A stretch of 64,000 bases of DNA from Octopus bimaculoides (GCF_001194135.2 NC_068987.1:65033255-65097254), one strand, 5' to 3'; numbered from the stretch's first letter, positions 42,080-53,894 are shown. Notes: generated from the letters alone by a model not told the origin. Numbers and translations are program-made.

Positions 42080-42420
42080 ATCAATATTTTCAAATTAATT
42101 TTGAAAACAATCAAGAATTTTGAGGAATTTAGTAAAAGTGGTTTGACTGGTCTCCATTAGTCAGTATATAAGTATATATTTGCAGGCTTGGGCAAGGGTT
42201 CTGTTAGCATGCTAGGTGAAATGCTTAGCAGTATTTCGTCTGCCACTATGTTCTAAGTTCAAATTCTGCTGAGGTCAACTTTGCCTTTTGTCCTTTCAAG
42301 GTCGATAAATTAAGTACCAGTGAAATTTTAGGTCTTGTGCCTATAGTGGAAAGGATTATTATTATTTGGTGATTTGTCAGAATTGTCCAAGTGTCAGAAA
42401 AAATGCATTTGGTTGTTTGT

Positions 42421-42484
42421 GGTAGCATGTGAACTCAGAATGTAAAGAATTAGAATTCTTTACATTCTGAGTTCACATGCTACC
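42421..42484. repeat. Perfect inverted repeat, 31-bp arms, 2-nt spacer
   Basis: GGTAGCATGTGAACTCAGAATGTAAAGAATT-AG-AATTCTTTACATTCTGAGTTCACATGCTACC. Confidence 0.97.
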
Positions 42485-42533
42485 TAGGTCATCTTTGCAT
42501 TTTATTCTTCCAGGGTTGAAACTATCTCTTGTT

Positions 42534-43331
42534 CAGGGTGTCCCAAAAGTCACTGATGGGTTTCAATTTTTAATAACTTTACAAATAAATGTATGAAATT
42601 TTGATATAATATAAAGGACATAATAGAAATGAATATGCACATATCAAATTTTGCAATACGTCAATATCACGTATGAAAAATGACATCATTTAAATGGCAG
42701 TCATTTTTGGCTTCGCACGCCTGTGCTCTTTGCAAAACTTGCACCATAAAACCCTCAAGTTTTCAGATCCCACTTCTCTCATTTCCCTATTGATGTTCTC
42801 CTTCAGTTGTACCAGGGTCTCTGGTTTGTTGACGCAAACCCTCTCTTTCAGGTATCCCCACTATCCGGGTTGGTCAAGTCTGGGGAATGTGAAGGCCAAT
42901 TGACATTGCTGTAGCAGATTATTCTCTCTCCAAAGCACTGCTGTAGCAACTGCATTGTTTCTCTTGTGGTATGAGCAGTTGCCCCATCTTGCCAGAACCA
43001 TGTGTGAGGTCTACTTTGAATGGCCGGGAGCAAAAAAGTTTTAATCATGGATACCTGAAAGAGAGGGTTTATGTTAACAAACCGGAAACACTGGTGCCAC
43101 TGAAGGAGAACATCAATAGAGAAATCAGTAGTGGGGTCTGAAACTCTTGAGGGTGTTACGGTGCCATTCAAGTGATGTTATTTTTCATATGTAGTGGTGT
43201 TGCAAAATTTGTCTTGTGCATATTAATTTCCTTGATGCCCTTTATATTGTATCAAAATTTCCTGCATTTATTTGTGAAGTTAAGGAAGTTATTAAAAATT
43301 GAAACATATCAGTGACTTTTGGGATACCCTG
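42534..43331 (-). mobile_element. Non-autonomous Tc1/mariner (rosa/DD41D-like) foldback derivative
   Basis: TIR CAGGGTGTCCCAAAAGTCACTGAT... at both ends (3 mismatches in 46 bp), TA at the right flank. Transposase remnant WFWQDGATAH...WPSHSPDLTNPD (D40D spacing) and WGYLKERV...HLNDVIFHT*. Arms 42534-42857 and 43049-43331 are inverted copies of the same 3' end. Confidence 0.9.
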
Positions 43332-44690
43332 TATATACTTCTTACTAACCTCAGATGAAAAACAGGCCAACCTCAGTGGGATTTCAACTTTGAATGCAAA
43401 AGGCCAAAACAAAATGGTTATGTATTTAGTTTTCTCTACCATTTCCATTACTCTACCACTTTCATGATGGTGATAGTAATGATAATGATTTTTATTAAAA
43501 TATTTGCTGACTTTTGGATCAAACCATTCTTGCTCAAAATAGCATCCAAATCACCTTTAATAAATTCATGATTGACTTGAAAATAGGAATCCTGTTTTTG
43601 ATAAGTACTATATTTTAAGGCAATCTGTTAAAAAAGAAAATAAAGTTAGGACAATCATCTCTAATATTCTCTGATTGAATAGTAACATTCAGCTAACCCA
43701 CTCAAAAGATGTATTGTGTTTGCATGCCTTGGCTGTTGCTTCATGCATTTGATCTGCTTGCAAAAGGTTTGCTTGATGAGAGAGCTAAATGTATTTTTTC
43801 AACAGCAATAACAAGCACTTTTCATAAACTGCTTAATGCTCTGGATACCAATTACTAAGCGGTCTCCAATAACTGCACATAATTCATTTTGATCTTTCTT
43901 CTGACGTGGATACAATTGAGCATCTTCCATAATCTCAATCCAGCTCGTCCAGATCAATTTTACTATTGATTTTTATGTCCTTACTCTATCTTGGCATTTA
44001 GCATCTATCAACGTATCTCTTACTGCTGTCTTTCACTGTAAAAGCAACATTAAGTCAGTTTTTAGGGAAACTATTTGTGTGTATGTATGTGTGTGTGTGT
44101 GTGTGTAGTAACTGTTTGTATTAATTTAAAAGTGTCAAATACATATTTTGCATGTTTTAAAATCTTTGAAATTTTACTCCATAAATACTCTCATATTACC
44201 CTGTTTCTCTCTCCATGCAAAAATGTGTGCATGCACACTCACACGCATGTAAAAACATATACATGCACATTTTAAATCCTTCCGTCAATGTCAAGTAACA
44301 CTTTGATCCCACACTGTTCACTGCCTCTCCAACTCTCGCTGATTTGTTCAACCACATGTACATACGTCTTCCCCACAAACATGCAAACATGAATAAACTA
44401 GATTCTTCCTTTTTACAAGGTCTCATGCACTCACATCATGCCTCCTTTCTCCATCCTACCTCACATATCCACAAATATTAACAAACTACTTTCCTCAAGA
44501 TGTATCAGGAATCTTGGTGTATATTATTTAAAGGAAAATTCAGTTTGAATGCTGGATTATATAAAAATTTTGTCTGTTATCTATCTTGTTTCGTGAAGAT
44601 ATTATTGCAGAACAGCTGTCACTTGATGTGTTAGATTTTTAATCCTTTTAATTCCTGATTTTACCAAAATCTGCGTTAAGAGAAGAAACA

Positions 44691-44914
44691 TTAACCCTTT
44701 TATTACCATATGTCTGTTTAAATACACTGCCTTTAATTCATTTAATTTTGAAAATAGGGATTTAGTAAAATAACTTCATTATTAAGCTGGTGTTTGGTAT
44801 ATAAATTAACACGAAATTTTGATGAAAGATTTTAATTTAGCTTATTTTAAAACCAAAAGTTTGTATCATATGAATAGGGGCAGACTCAGGTGAGTTGGGG
44901 GTCAATAGAGTTAA
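44691..44914. mobile_element. Second TTAA-ended MITE family
   Basis: TTAACCCTTT start and degenerate ...GAGTTAA end; similar interior at about 59175-59385. Confidence 0.45.
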
Positions 44915-45166
44915 AAGAAGAAACAGCACTAACAAGTCTATCATTAGATCCTTATTGAAGCAAAGTGAAAATATTGTATATCAAAATAGTAATTCAGATT
45001 TCTTACTAGAGCTTAAAGCCAGTTTTTGGTGGTGATGGTGGAGTTGGGATCCTAGTAAACTAAATTAATCTCTTCCTCTCTTAAGTGGTGGTTCTATTGT
45101 AAATTTCAATTTAAGAACATATAAGCTGAAATCAGATCTAGTAGGACTGAAATTTAGATCCTAGAC

Positions 45167-45498
45167 CAGGCCTGACCAACTTCAATTACATTGCGGGCCA
45201 CTTTAATCACAGAAAGTATTTTGAGGGCTGCTTGTATACTGGTAGAATTCAAAGCATTTTGCTTTCTCATGCTATTATTACAACAATGAATGAATGATTG
45301 TTGATTCAACATGAAATATTATCATTGTGAAAACAGTGGTATCTTTCTTTTTTACTTCTCATTACGATCTTTAATTTTTGGTAAAAATTTTTTAAATGTT
45401 TGTTCAAATAAACCCATTTCAAGAAAGTATCAAGTGGGCTGCAAGATAAGAGTCTGCAGGCTGCATGCAGCTCACGGGCCTCAGGTTGGCCAGCCCTG
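45167..45498. mobile_element. hAT (Charlie-like) MITE, 332 bp
   Basis: TIRs CAGGCCTGACCAACTT and CAGGGCTGGCCAACCT (reverse complement); 8-bp TSD TCCTAGAC / ACCTAGAC; subterminal GCGGGCC-type motifs. Confidence 0.85.
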
Positions 45499-46043
45499 AC
45501 CTAGACGAAAGAGCCTAAATATTGGTCTAGTGTACTACTGCTAAGACTGGCTGATGGTCTTTTTTTGAAGTATTGAAAATTAAGAGATGAGTTATCAATA
45601 AGATTATAGTTAACAGATTTCAGATATTTGGAGATTAAAAATGTTTCTGTACTTTACATACATCAGTGGCCTATCATCATTGTCCTTGTTGTTCTTGTCA
45701 TCATCATCATTTTACATTACTATCATCATCATCATTTTACATTTGCTTTCCATGCTAGTATGTGTTGGATTGTCAGGGTTTGAGCCAGTTCTTATTCAGA
45801 ACTGTTGCCCTCCTATGTGGGTCAGAGGTTCATGTCTTGCTCATATGTTCCAGCACTTGAAGAAAATAATCATTATTATCCTTAGGGCAGAAATAAAAGT
45901 ACCCAGCTCAAATCTAACATGGTATTGTATGTCTGTTGAAAAATCTGATACATAATGATTGAAATGCAATGTAGGTGAAGATATCTGGAGAAATGTGTCA
46001 TGCATAACGGTGACATAAATAATTTTAAAATGTTTTATGAACA

Positions 46044-46708
46044 TAAAACTTTGTAAATGCTATATGGATAACATTTGGCCTCGTCAGAGAGACTGGTTAT
46101 CCTTTTCAGACATCTGAAATAATTCCAGCATTAAATAACTTCTTGCATTTTATAAAGCCCAAATGTGTCCTATACTAGGTACACATTAAGTTCACTGTAC
46201 CCATTTTAAACACAAATTCTTGACCACATCTAAGAAATGAATATGTTATCTGCTTTCAGGTAAACATTTATTTAACAACACTCTGTAAACTAATTCTCTG
46301 GTTGACCATAAAGCTGTATCATCTATCTCTTCTGCTGCTATTACTATGGCTTCAGTTTCTCTGATTACACCAGTTATAATGCATATTAACTCCATCTAAG
46401 CACACTTGATGCATTCGCATCACTTTCTTCTTATTTTTTGCTGTTTTGCTTCCAAGATACCCTAAATTGCTTTACTTTGCTATCCCTCCACCTCCCATCA
46501 AATGTAATCCATATGGAACTCACTTCTGCTTATTTTTATGCATGCATGTAAAACTTTATAAATTCTATGTGAATAACATTTGGCCTCATCAGGGAGACTG
46601 ATTATCCTTTCCAGACATCTGAAATAACTCCAGGAATGAATAACTTATTACATTTTACAAAGCCCAAATGTGTCCTATACTAGATACACATTAAGTTCAC
46701 TCTACCCA
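46044..46708 (+). repeat. Local 160-bp direct duplication
   Basis: 46044-46203 and 46549-46708 align without gaps by eye, with scattered substitutions. Confidence 0.9.
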
Positions 46709-46972
46709 GTGAAGTTTAAGTTATGTACTGGAGGTGAACAAATCAACTATATCTGGCCTAAAATAATGCAAATTCATTCATCTTGATCTGCTAGAAATAG
46801 AAGCTGAATCAAACCCCAAATTTGTGGCACGTTTTTTCTGTTTTCCTTTTCCCCTTTTACCATACTTTTTCTGTCTTGCAACTTACTTGGAGACCTCACT
46901 AACATTAATTGCAGGAAAAAATGCTTAAGGTGGTTGGTGTCAGGGAGAGCTGTAGAAAACATGTCAAATCTG

Positions 46973-47520
46973 CATTATTTACATTTGACGGATATTTGTC
47001 CGCATCTTGTTTGTTGTTAACACAACGTTTCAGTTGATATATCCTCCGGCCTTCTTCGGGTGTCTTGGGGGAAATTTCGAACCTGTGTTCTCATTCCTAA
47101 GGTATTTTTTTCAATGTTATTATCATCATTATTGTTCAGGTCACTGCTTGGAATCAAACTCGGAATCTTGGGGTTAGTAGCCCACGCTCTTGACCACTAC
47201 GCCATATGCCCGTGGGCATATGGCATAGTGGTTAAGAGCGCGGGCTACTAACCTCAAGATTCCGAGTTCAATTCTAAGCAGTGACCTGAACAGTAACGAT
47301 AATAATAACAATAACAATAATAATAATAATAATAATAACAACAACATCAAAAAATACCTTAGGAATGAGAACCCAGATTCGAAATTTCCCCAAGACATGA
47401 GATGAAGGCTGGAGGGTATATCAGCCGAAACATTGTGCTAACAACAAACCAGATGAAGACAAATGTCCGTCAAATGTAAATAATGTACATGACTCATCAT
47501 CTCTTAAATATAGAACTGTA
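46973..47520. mobile_element. Palindromic tRNA-headed, Penelope-LTR-like element (two divergent arms)
   Basis: Arms 46973-47211 and 47214-47485 are inverted copies around GCCATATGCCC-GT-GGGCATATGGC. Each arm has A/B-box-like motifs (TGGCRTAGTGG, GAGTTYRATTC), an AAT/AAC tract and a hammerhead-like segment. Confidence 0.85.
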
Positions 47521-47789
47521 CTAATAAAGATAGTAGAATGGAAATCAGTTTCCTCAGTATGAAGGGAATTTCACTCAGTTTACTTGAATATCAACAACGT
47601 ATAATGCTTTGTTTAAAGAGAGAAAATTTGATGTTGTTGCCTTTGTTTTTTTTCACACCTAATTTCTGCCTGGATTTAACAGGTCAATGATAAACTTCTT
47701 CCAAATGAATCCTAATAATTTATGATACATTTTAATGTTTTCTTTCATCGGTTCCAAGGTAAAAAAAGTAACATGCCTGATTGTTTGAT

Positions 47790-47985
47790 AATAACAATAA
47801 TGATAATAATAATAACATCGAAAAAAAACCTAAGGAATGAGAACACAGGTTCGAAATTTCCCCAAGACACCTGAAGAAGGCTGGAGGGTATATCAACCGA
47901 AACGTGTTAGCAACAAACAAGATGACAAATATCCGTCAAATGTAAATAATGTACATAATTCCTCATCTCTTAAATATAGAACTGT
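47790..47985 (+). mobile_element. Headless 3' copy of the tRNA-headed hammerhead element
   Basis: AAT tract, then aggaatgagaacacaggttcgaaatttccccaagacacCTGAAGA...GAAAC, ending cctcatctcttaaatatagaactgta like the right arm at 47490-47520. Confidence 0.85.
47866..47908 (+). ncRNA. Minimal type I hammerhead ribozyme-like motif (Penelope type), degenerate
   Basis: GACAC-CTGAAGA-A-GGCTG(gagggtatat)CAACC-GAAA-CGTGTT. Sister copies at 15234-15279 (+), 47019-47064 (-) and 47394-47439 (+). Each copy has at least one lesion. Confidence 0.6.
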
Positions 47986-48470
47986 ATGTCAAATCTGATG
48001 CTGGAGCTTGGTGCAGCTCTGCAGCTAACTAGATCATGTCAAACCATCCAACCCATACTTCCATGAAAAATGGGTATTAAATGACAATAGTGATGATGAA
48101 TTTAGGTATGAACTAAAAAAAACAAATATAATGTCATGGTATGAATGAAAACTAAAATACTGTAGTCCAGGTATAGGCTTCAGGAAAAAGGAATACAATA
48201 AGATTATGTAGTCTAGTTATGGGCTATGGTTGAGAAAAAAACAAGAAAAGATGATTGTGGTAGGAACATGCTTAATCACATGACTACTCAAACAAACAAC
48301 TGAAACATGATGTAGCCCTTGGACCCATGAAATCCTGTCAAACCCATGAAATCCTGTAAGCATGGAACTTGGTCATTGGATGATGTTGATGATGTGTTGT
48401 TGTTACTTTATGGTAAGATGTTTTTGTGAAACAGTTCTTTCTTGCAGTTTCATTATCTCCACAACAGTGA

Positions 48471-48482
48471 TTTTCCTTAACT
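48471..48482 (+). promoter_or_regulatory. U12 branch point sequence
   Basis: TTTTCCTTAACT contains the exact TTCCTTAAC consensus, with the branch A about 15 nt from the 3' splice site. Confidence 0.9.
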
Positions 48483-48494
48483 AGGTTCTAACAG

Positions 48495-48578
48495 ATATGG
48501 AAGATGCGCATACACATTTACTGTCTTTACCATCAGATAGAGAATGTTGCTATTTTGGAGTTTTTGATGGACATGGAG
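48495..48578 (+). CDS. ppm-2: PP2C phosphatase, second coding exon (metal-binding motifs)
   Basis: 84 nt, phase 1 to phase 1: (A)AT ATG GAA GAT GCG CAT... = N-MEDAHTHLLSLPSDRECCYFGVFDGHG+G. Completes the RxxMED motif and carries DGHGG. Flanked by CAG and GTAAGT. Confidence 0.96.
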
Positions 48579-48619
48579 GTAAGTTAGAATGCATGAGATA
48601 CTATCTTGAAATCTTTTTT

Positions 48620-48985
48620 TTTGTTTCTTTGGCTTGTTTCAGTCATTGAACTGCAGCCATTGAAGAGTTTAGTCAAACAAATAGATTCCAGTATTTATTT
48701 TACTGGTCTCTTTTGCCAAACTGTGAAGTTACAAGGACATAAACAACCCAACACCAGTTGTCAAGCTGTGGTAGAGGATAAAAGAATCAACACACACATG
48801 TGTGCATGTATGTATGTATGTCTTTACACACACACATACACACACACACACACAGTGGGTTTCTTTCAGTTTCTATCTACCAAATCCACTCAAAAAGTTT
48901 TGGTCAGCCTGAAGCTATAGTAGAAGTAGAAGGCTCAAGGTGCTTGCACAGTGGGGCTGAACCCAAGATCACATAGGAAGCAATT
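48620..48985 (-). mobile_element. SINE family A copy starting about 40 nt after PP2C exon 2
   Basis: Matches family A modules on the minus strand. Confidence 0.8.
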
Positions 48986-51716
48986 TAAGCTCTAATTTCT
49001 AATCCTGCAAGATCTGATTTCACATTTTAAAATTTTGGGTAGGACTGATCTAAATTTGCAACTGAGGTTAACTTTGCTGTTCATCCTTCCTCAGTTGATA
49101 ATATAAGTTTAAGTTATGTATTGGAAGTGAACAAATCAACTATATCTGGCCTAAAATGTTTATCTTTGTTTTTTTTTCTTCATCATTTTATGTAAATTGC
49201 CACATTTTATGGCTGTCGCTGTATCATCCTCATCATCCATTGCTCTGGTGGCAAAGAAGAGAAATGATGATAATAATAATAATCCTTTCTACTGGAAGTA
49301 CAAGGTCTCAAATTTAGGGGAAGGGATTGAGTCAGTTACATTGACCCCAGTGCGTAAATGGTACTTGTTTAATCGACACTGAAAGGATGAAAGACAAAGT
49401 TGATCTCGACAGAATTTGAACTCAGCACGTAGTGGCAGACAAAATACCGCCAAGCATTTTGCCCAGTGAATAATAATAATAATAATATGATCATGTGATG
49501 GAGGCTTGTGTTTGCATGTCATCAAGTCTATTCCTTCTCTTTGAGTGTCTCTTGAGCTCACTGCTGATGCATTGTAAAGGTCTTTTAACTCTGTCACCCT
49601 AATGAAATTCCTTACACATGTATACACATACACACACATATACAAACATACACTCAGTGTGAGTGATTTACATATACAGAGAAAGAGTGAAAGAGAATGT
49701 GGTAAATATATATATAGAGAAAGGGAGATGTTTACAATGAGAAAAGCATAAATAACAGAGAGAGACTGATAGATATATATATAGATAGGCACCTCTCTCC
49801 TCACTAACTTGTATTGCATATCAAGAGAGAGTGGGGAGCAGCATTCATGAGAAAGATACATATACAGAAAGTGAGAGTAGTAGTAGTAAATATATATAGA
49901 GAGGAGAAAATTTGCAATGAGAAATGTCTGAAAGACTGAAAAAGACTGATAAAGAGAGGTAGATAGACTGTTATAAGATGTGACACACACACACACACAT
50001 ACAAATATACACACACTCAGGTAATCATGAGTTTAAGATGGTGGCTTCAAAGACATTCAGTGTTGGTGATCTGAAAGTTGAGTTATTTCTTATAGAAAAT
50101 TATATTTTTTGATTACTGATAATCAAAAAACCTTCTCCTTGGGACGCAGATTTTGAAAATCAAATCTGTTTCTCTCTTGTGTACTGAGTAGAGTAGAGAG
50201 GGCCCTTTTAGATTTGATTTGCTATTGACATGACAACCTCTTTAGTGCCATTGTCACAATAAAATGCACCCAATTTACTCTGCAAATAGTTGGTTTTTGA
50301 TAGGAAGGATATCAAATCATAAAACTATGCCAAAAGCAAGACATACAAGCAAGATGAAATCCTCAAGCACTGGCTCTCAGTATGAACTGGCTTGGATTGT
50401 GACAACCCATTCAACAGATGCCAGCATGGAAAGTACACATAAAGTGATAATGATGATGGATCTTTTAAAGCAGGAGATTTTTGTATCATTTAACTAGAGG
50501 TGGTCTCAGATGGGTTGGTATTAAAAGAGTGAAATGTACTTATAAAGTTAAAGAGATATGTTTTGTCTATCATTTACTTGAATTTGGGTCCCTGTGTTTT
50601 CGATGAGAGATGGGTATTGTTTTTAGCATCACCGTAGTAACACTGATGACTAATGGTATTTTGGACCAGCTAATGTTCTTACATACTAAGTTTGGCTCAG
50701 TGTGTAGCAGCATTGTTACAGTAGACATCATCAATACCATCTTCATCATTTTTATGTCTGCTTTACCATTTAGCCATTATTTAAAATTTTTTTTACTCTT
50801 TTTTTTTCTGATAGATTCAGTGCCAGACTGTTCTTTCTGTTTTCTTAACTTGCTTTGTTGTTGTTTAACCCCGAGTCCACACTAATTGAATATGATTTTA
50901 GAACAAATGTGTTCCACCTGTGACCCTCCCATTTTTCTGTATATCTAGAACTACATTGTTTAATGTATCCATCTTTTTACTTCCATTTTTAAGACAGTAG
51001 CATGTGATTTAAAGGAATTTGGTTGCTGTTTCTAGCTGGTTGAGCAACCTCATAGAGGCTCTCCTCATTGGGTTACTTGCTTTACTTTAGTTTTAATTCA
51101 GATAAACTGACATTGTGGCTTATAACATACTGAGACACCATCACAAGATCTTCCTGTTTTTGACAGATATGCATATCCACATGATGCGTGCATGCACACA
51201 CACACACACACACACACACACCAACTTGCAATGTGCATGCAAGAAAAATGATTGTTTTCCTACTCTCAGGAAGTTTACTTCAAATCATTTCCTGTTGATT
51301 TCTCTTGTGTTGTATTTTTGAGCTTTGATTTGTATTGGGAAAGAATGGAAAAAAATATAATGCTTCTACTGTAAAGACATGGCTGTGTGATCAGGAAGAC
51401 ATTCACTTCACAGCTACATAGGTCCGGGTTCAATCCCTCTGCTTGGTAACTTGGGAAAGTATCTTCTACCACAGTACCAGTTCAACCAGAACTTTCTGAG
51501 TGAACTTGGGTTGATAGAAACTGTGTGGAACTTCATTAGAGAAGCCTTTTCTGATCTTGGGAAGTAGGCATAATCTGCTACCTCATGACTTTTGGGTGTC
51601 TTTACCAAAGTCCTTTCTGTTGCAAGCATTTGGACAAAGTCTTGTGTCTCAAGATATCTGTCTCCCTTCTTTGCACCAGGCTTTGAGGCCCTGATGAAAG
51701 TCATGTGTACTAGTCT

Positions 51717-51788
<72 letters not shown>

Positions 51789-53894
51789 TAGATAGATAGA
51801 TATCTTGGAAAGGCACTTATTAAAATTTCTTTGAAGTGCATATTGCTTTCAAATTTTGGCACAAGGCCAGCAATTTTGAGGGAGAGATAGGTTGATTAGA
51901 TTGACCCCAGTGCTCAACTGGTACTTATTTTATTGATCCTGGAAGAATGAAAGGCAAAGTTGACCTCGTAATTTGAACTCAGAATGTAAAGATGGATGAA
52001 ATGCTGCTAAGCATTTTGCCTGATGTGCTAATGATTCTGCCATCTCACACCTTAAAATTTTTTATAAGTGTATATTGAGTGTGCATTCCAAAATTATCAT
52101 CATTGTAATTGCAATGGTGGATAGGAAGAAGTACTAGCATATCAAGCAAAATGCCTTGCTATGTTTTTTCTGGTTCTGTATGTGCTGAGTTCAAATCCTG
52201 CTGTGGTCAACTTTGCCTTTTATCCTTTCAGGGTCAATAAGTAAAGTGCCATTTGAGTGCTAGGATCAATTTAATCAACTAATCCTCTTCTCCAAATTTC
52301 AGTCCTTGTGCCTATATTAGAAATAATTATCAATATAATTTTATTTTTATTGCAGTGAATTGGCGGAAATGATAGAGCATCAAGCTAGCCTTACAGTTTT
52401 TAGTCATGTCCTTTCATAAAAGTTTAAATCCTAAGAGTGTTAACTTTTAACCTTCAGGAATCAATAGAAATAAATGAGTAGCTGTAAAATGCTGAAAGTT
52501 AGTTTCAATTAACTATACCCATCGACTGTAGATGTCTTGTTTTGTGCTAATATCATCGTCATTATTACTATGAGCAAGTAGTTAGTACTGATGTAATTTA
52601 TGGTGATATGTAGTTGGGTGAGATTGTTGTGGACATACAAGTCTTCATGATTCTACAAGACTACAAAAGAATACCAGATCTATTCCCTGTAGGACTATCC
52701 CAGGCAGAAACACAAGCTGCGATACATATAGCAGTAAATATCATTTAAAGGCTTTCTGCCCAAAATATTTGAAAGCAGGAAATCAACAACAATAGCAGCA
52801 ACAAATCATGGAGACTACTGGACTACTGTTCATTAGGGGCAACTCTGAAGATACTGGAAAAAAAGTTGCCATGTGCTCTTCTTTAGGGTTTAATCAGAAG
52901 TTTGAAAGCTCTCTCCCACTAGTATAACTGTGATATAACAATGAGCAAGTGACAAAAAGAGGGAACGATTAACAGAAGCAACAGCACCAAGTAGCTGTCA
53001 TCAAAACTATGTAAGGAGCTAGAAGACTTGCCTTGTAGTCAACACAAGAAAAGTGAGGTAAGCAAGAGCGTTCATTTGTGAAGATGAAAACAAAATGCAG
53101 GCTGATGAGGACTGGCTGCTCAATACAGGAGAAATAGAAAAGTTTCCAGAATAGCACAGAAGAACTGAGAGCTCTGGCAATCATGTAAATACACAGTCCT
53201 TGTCAAAAACAATACTGAACAGGTCCAAGACCTAAAAAGAAGATATTCCCTCCAATGTATGGATAGATGAGGGGTTGGGAGTTTACAACTTATCATTGCC
53301 AAGAGTAAACTGCAAAGTTAATCTTGGCAGCATGCATTCTGAGATCACATGCCACTGAGATCAACTTTACCTTTCATCCTTTCAGAGTCAATAAAATTAG
53401 TACCAGTAGAGCACTGGGGTCAATGTAATTGACTGACCTCCTCCACTAAATTTCAGGCCTTGTGCCTATAGTAGAGAAAATTATTGTTACTATAACAATA
53501 CTCCTTATTTAATTATGTACAAGCAAGAACTTTCAAGAACTTCATAAAAACCAGTTTTCACCTATCTTGGCTGATCTTTCATGTAACAGAAAAAAACTGC
53601 TGGAAAATGCTGACAAATATTTTAACTCTGAAAAGTTGTTCTTGATCTTCTTAAGGCTCAATTCCAACAAATTTGGGATAGAGATGCTGCAACACAAACA
53701 TTTAAGACTGCATTTACAGAGGGTCTCTCATTAATCATAAATATGTGTCATCATCATCATCATCATCATCATCGTTTAACGTCCGCTTTCCATGCTAGCA
53801 TGGGTTGGACGATTTGACTGAGGACTGGTGAAACCGGATGGCAACACCAGGCTCCAGTCTGATTAAAGTTAAAATCATGAGTTTAATAAACATA

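Larger units (their letters stand above)
39470..48494 (+). other. U12-type (minor spliceosome) GT-AG intron, 9,025 nt
   Basis: 5' end GTATCCTTTTT matches the U12 consensus RTATCCTTT. Branch point TTTTCCTTAACT at 48471-48482, then 12 nt ending in CAG, with no polypyrimidine tract. Splicing restores the WRINMEDAH motif. Confidence 0.92.

Noticed and set aside
43700-43950. Minus-strand GDRLVIGIQ resembling a Gypsy gag motif
   Set aside because: One short motif with a nearby stop; no LTR or pol sequence seen.
47161-47290. tRNA genes at A/B-box heads, here and in SINE families A-C
   Set aside because: No complete acceptor stem, and each continues into repeat body sequence; these are tRNA-derived heads.
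49289-50014. 241-aa minus-strand ORF
   Set aside because: Built from low-complexity CT/TG sequence, a degenerate duplication of about 110 bp and a SINE; no protein motif.
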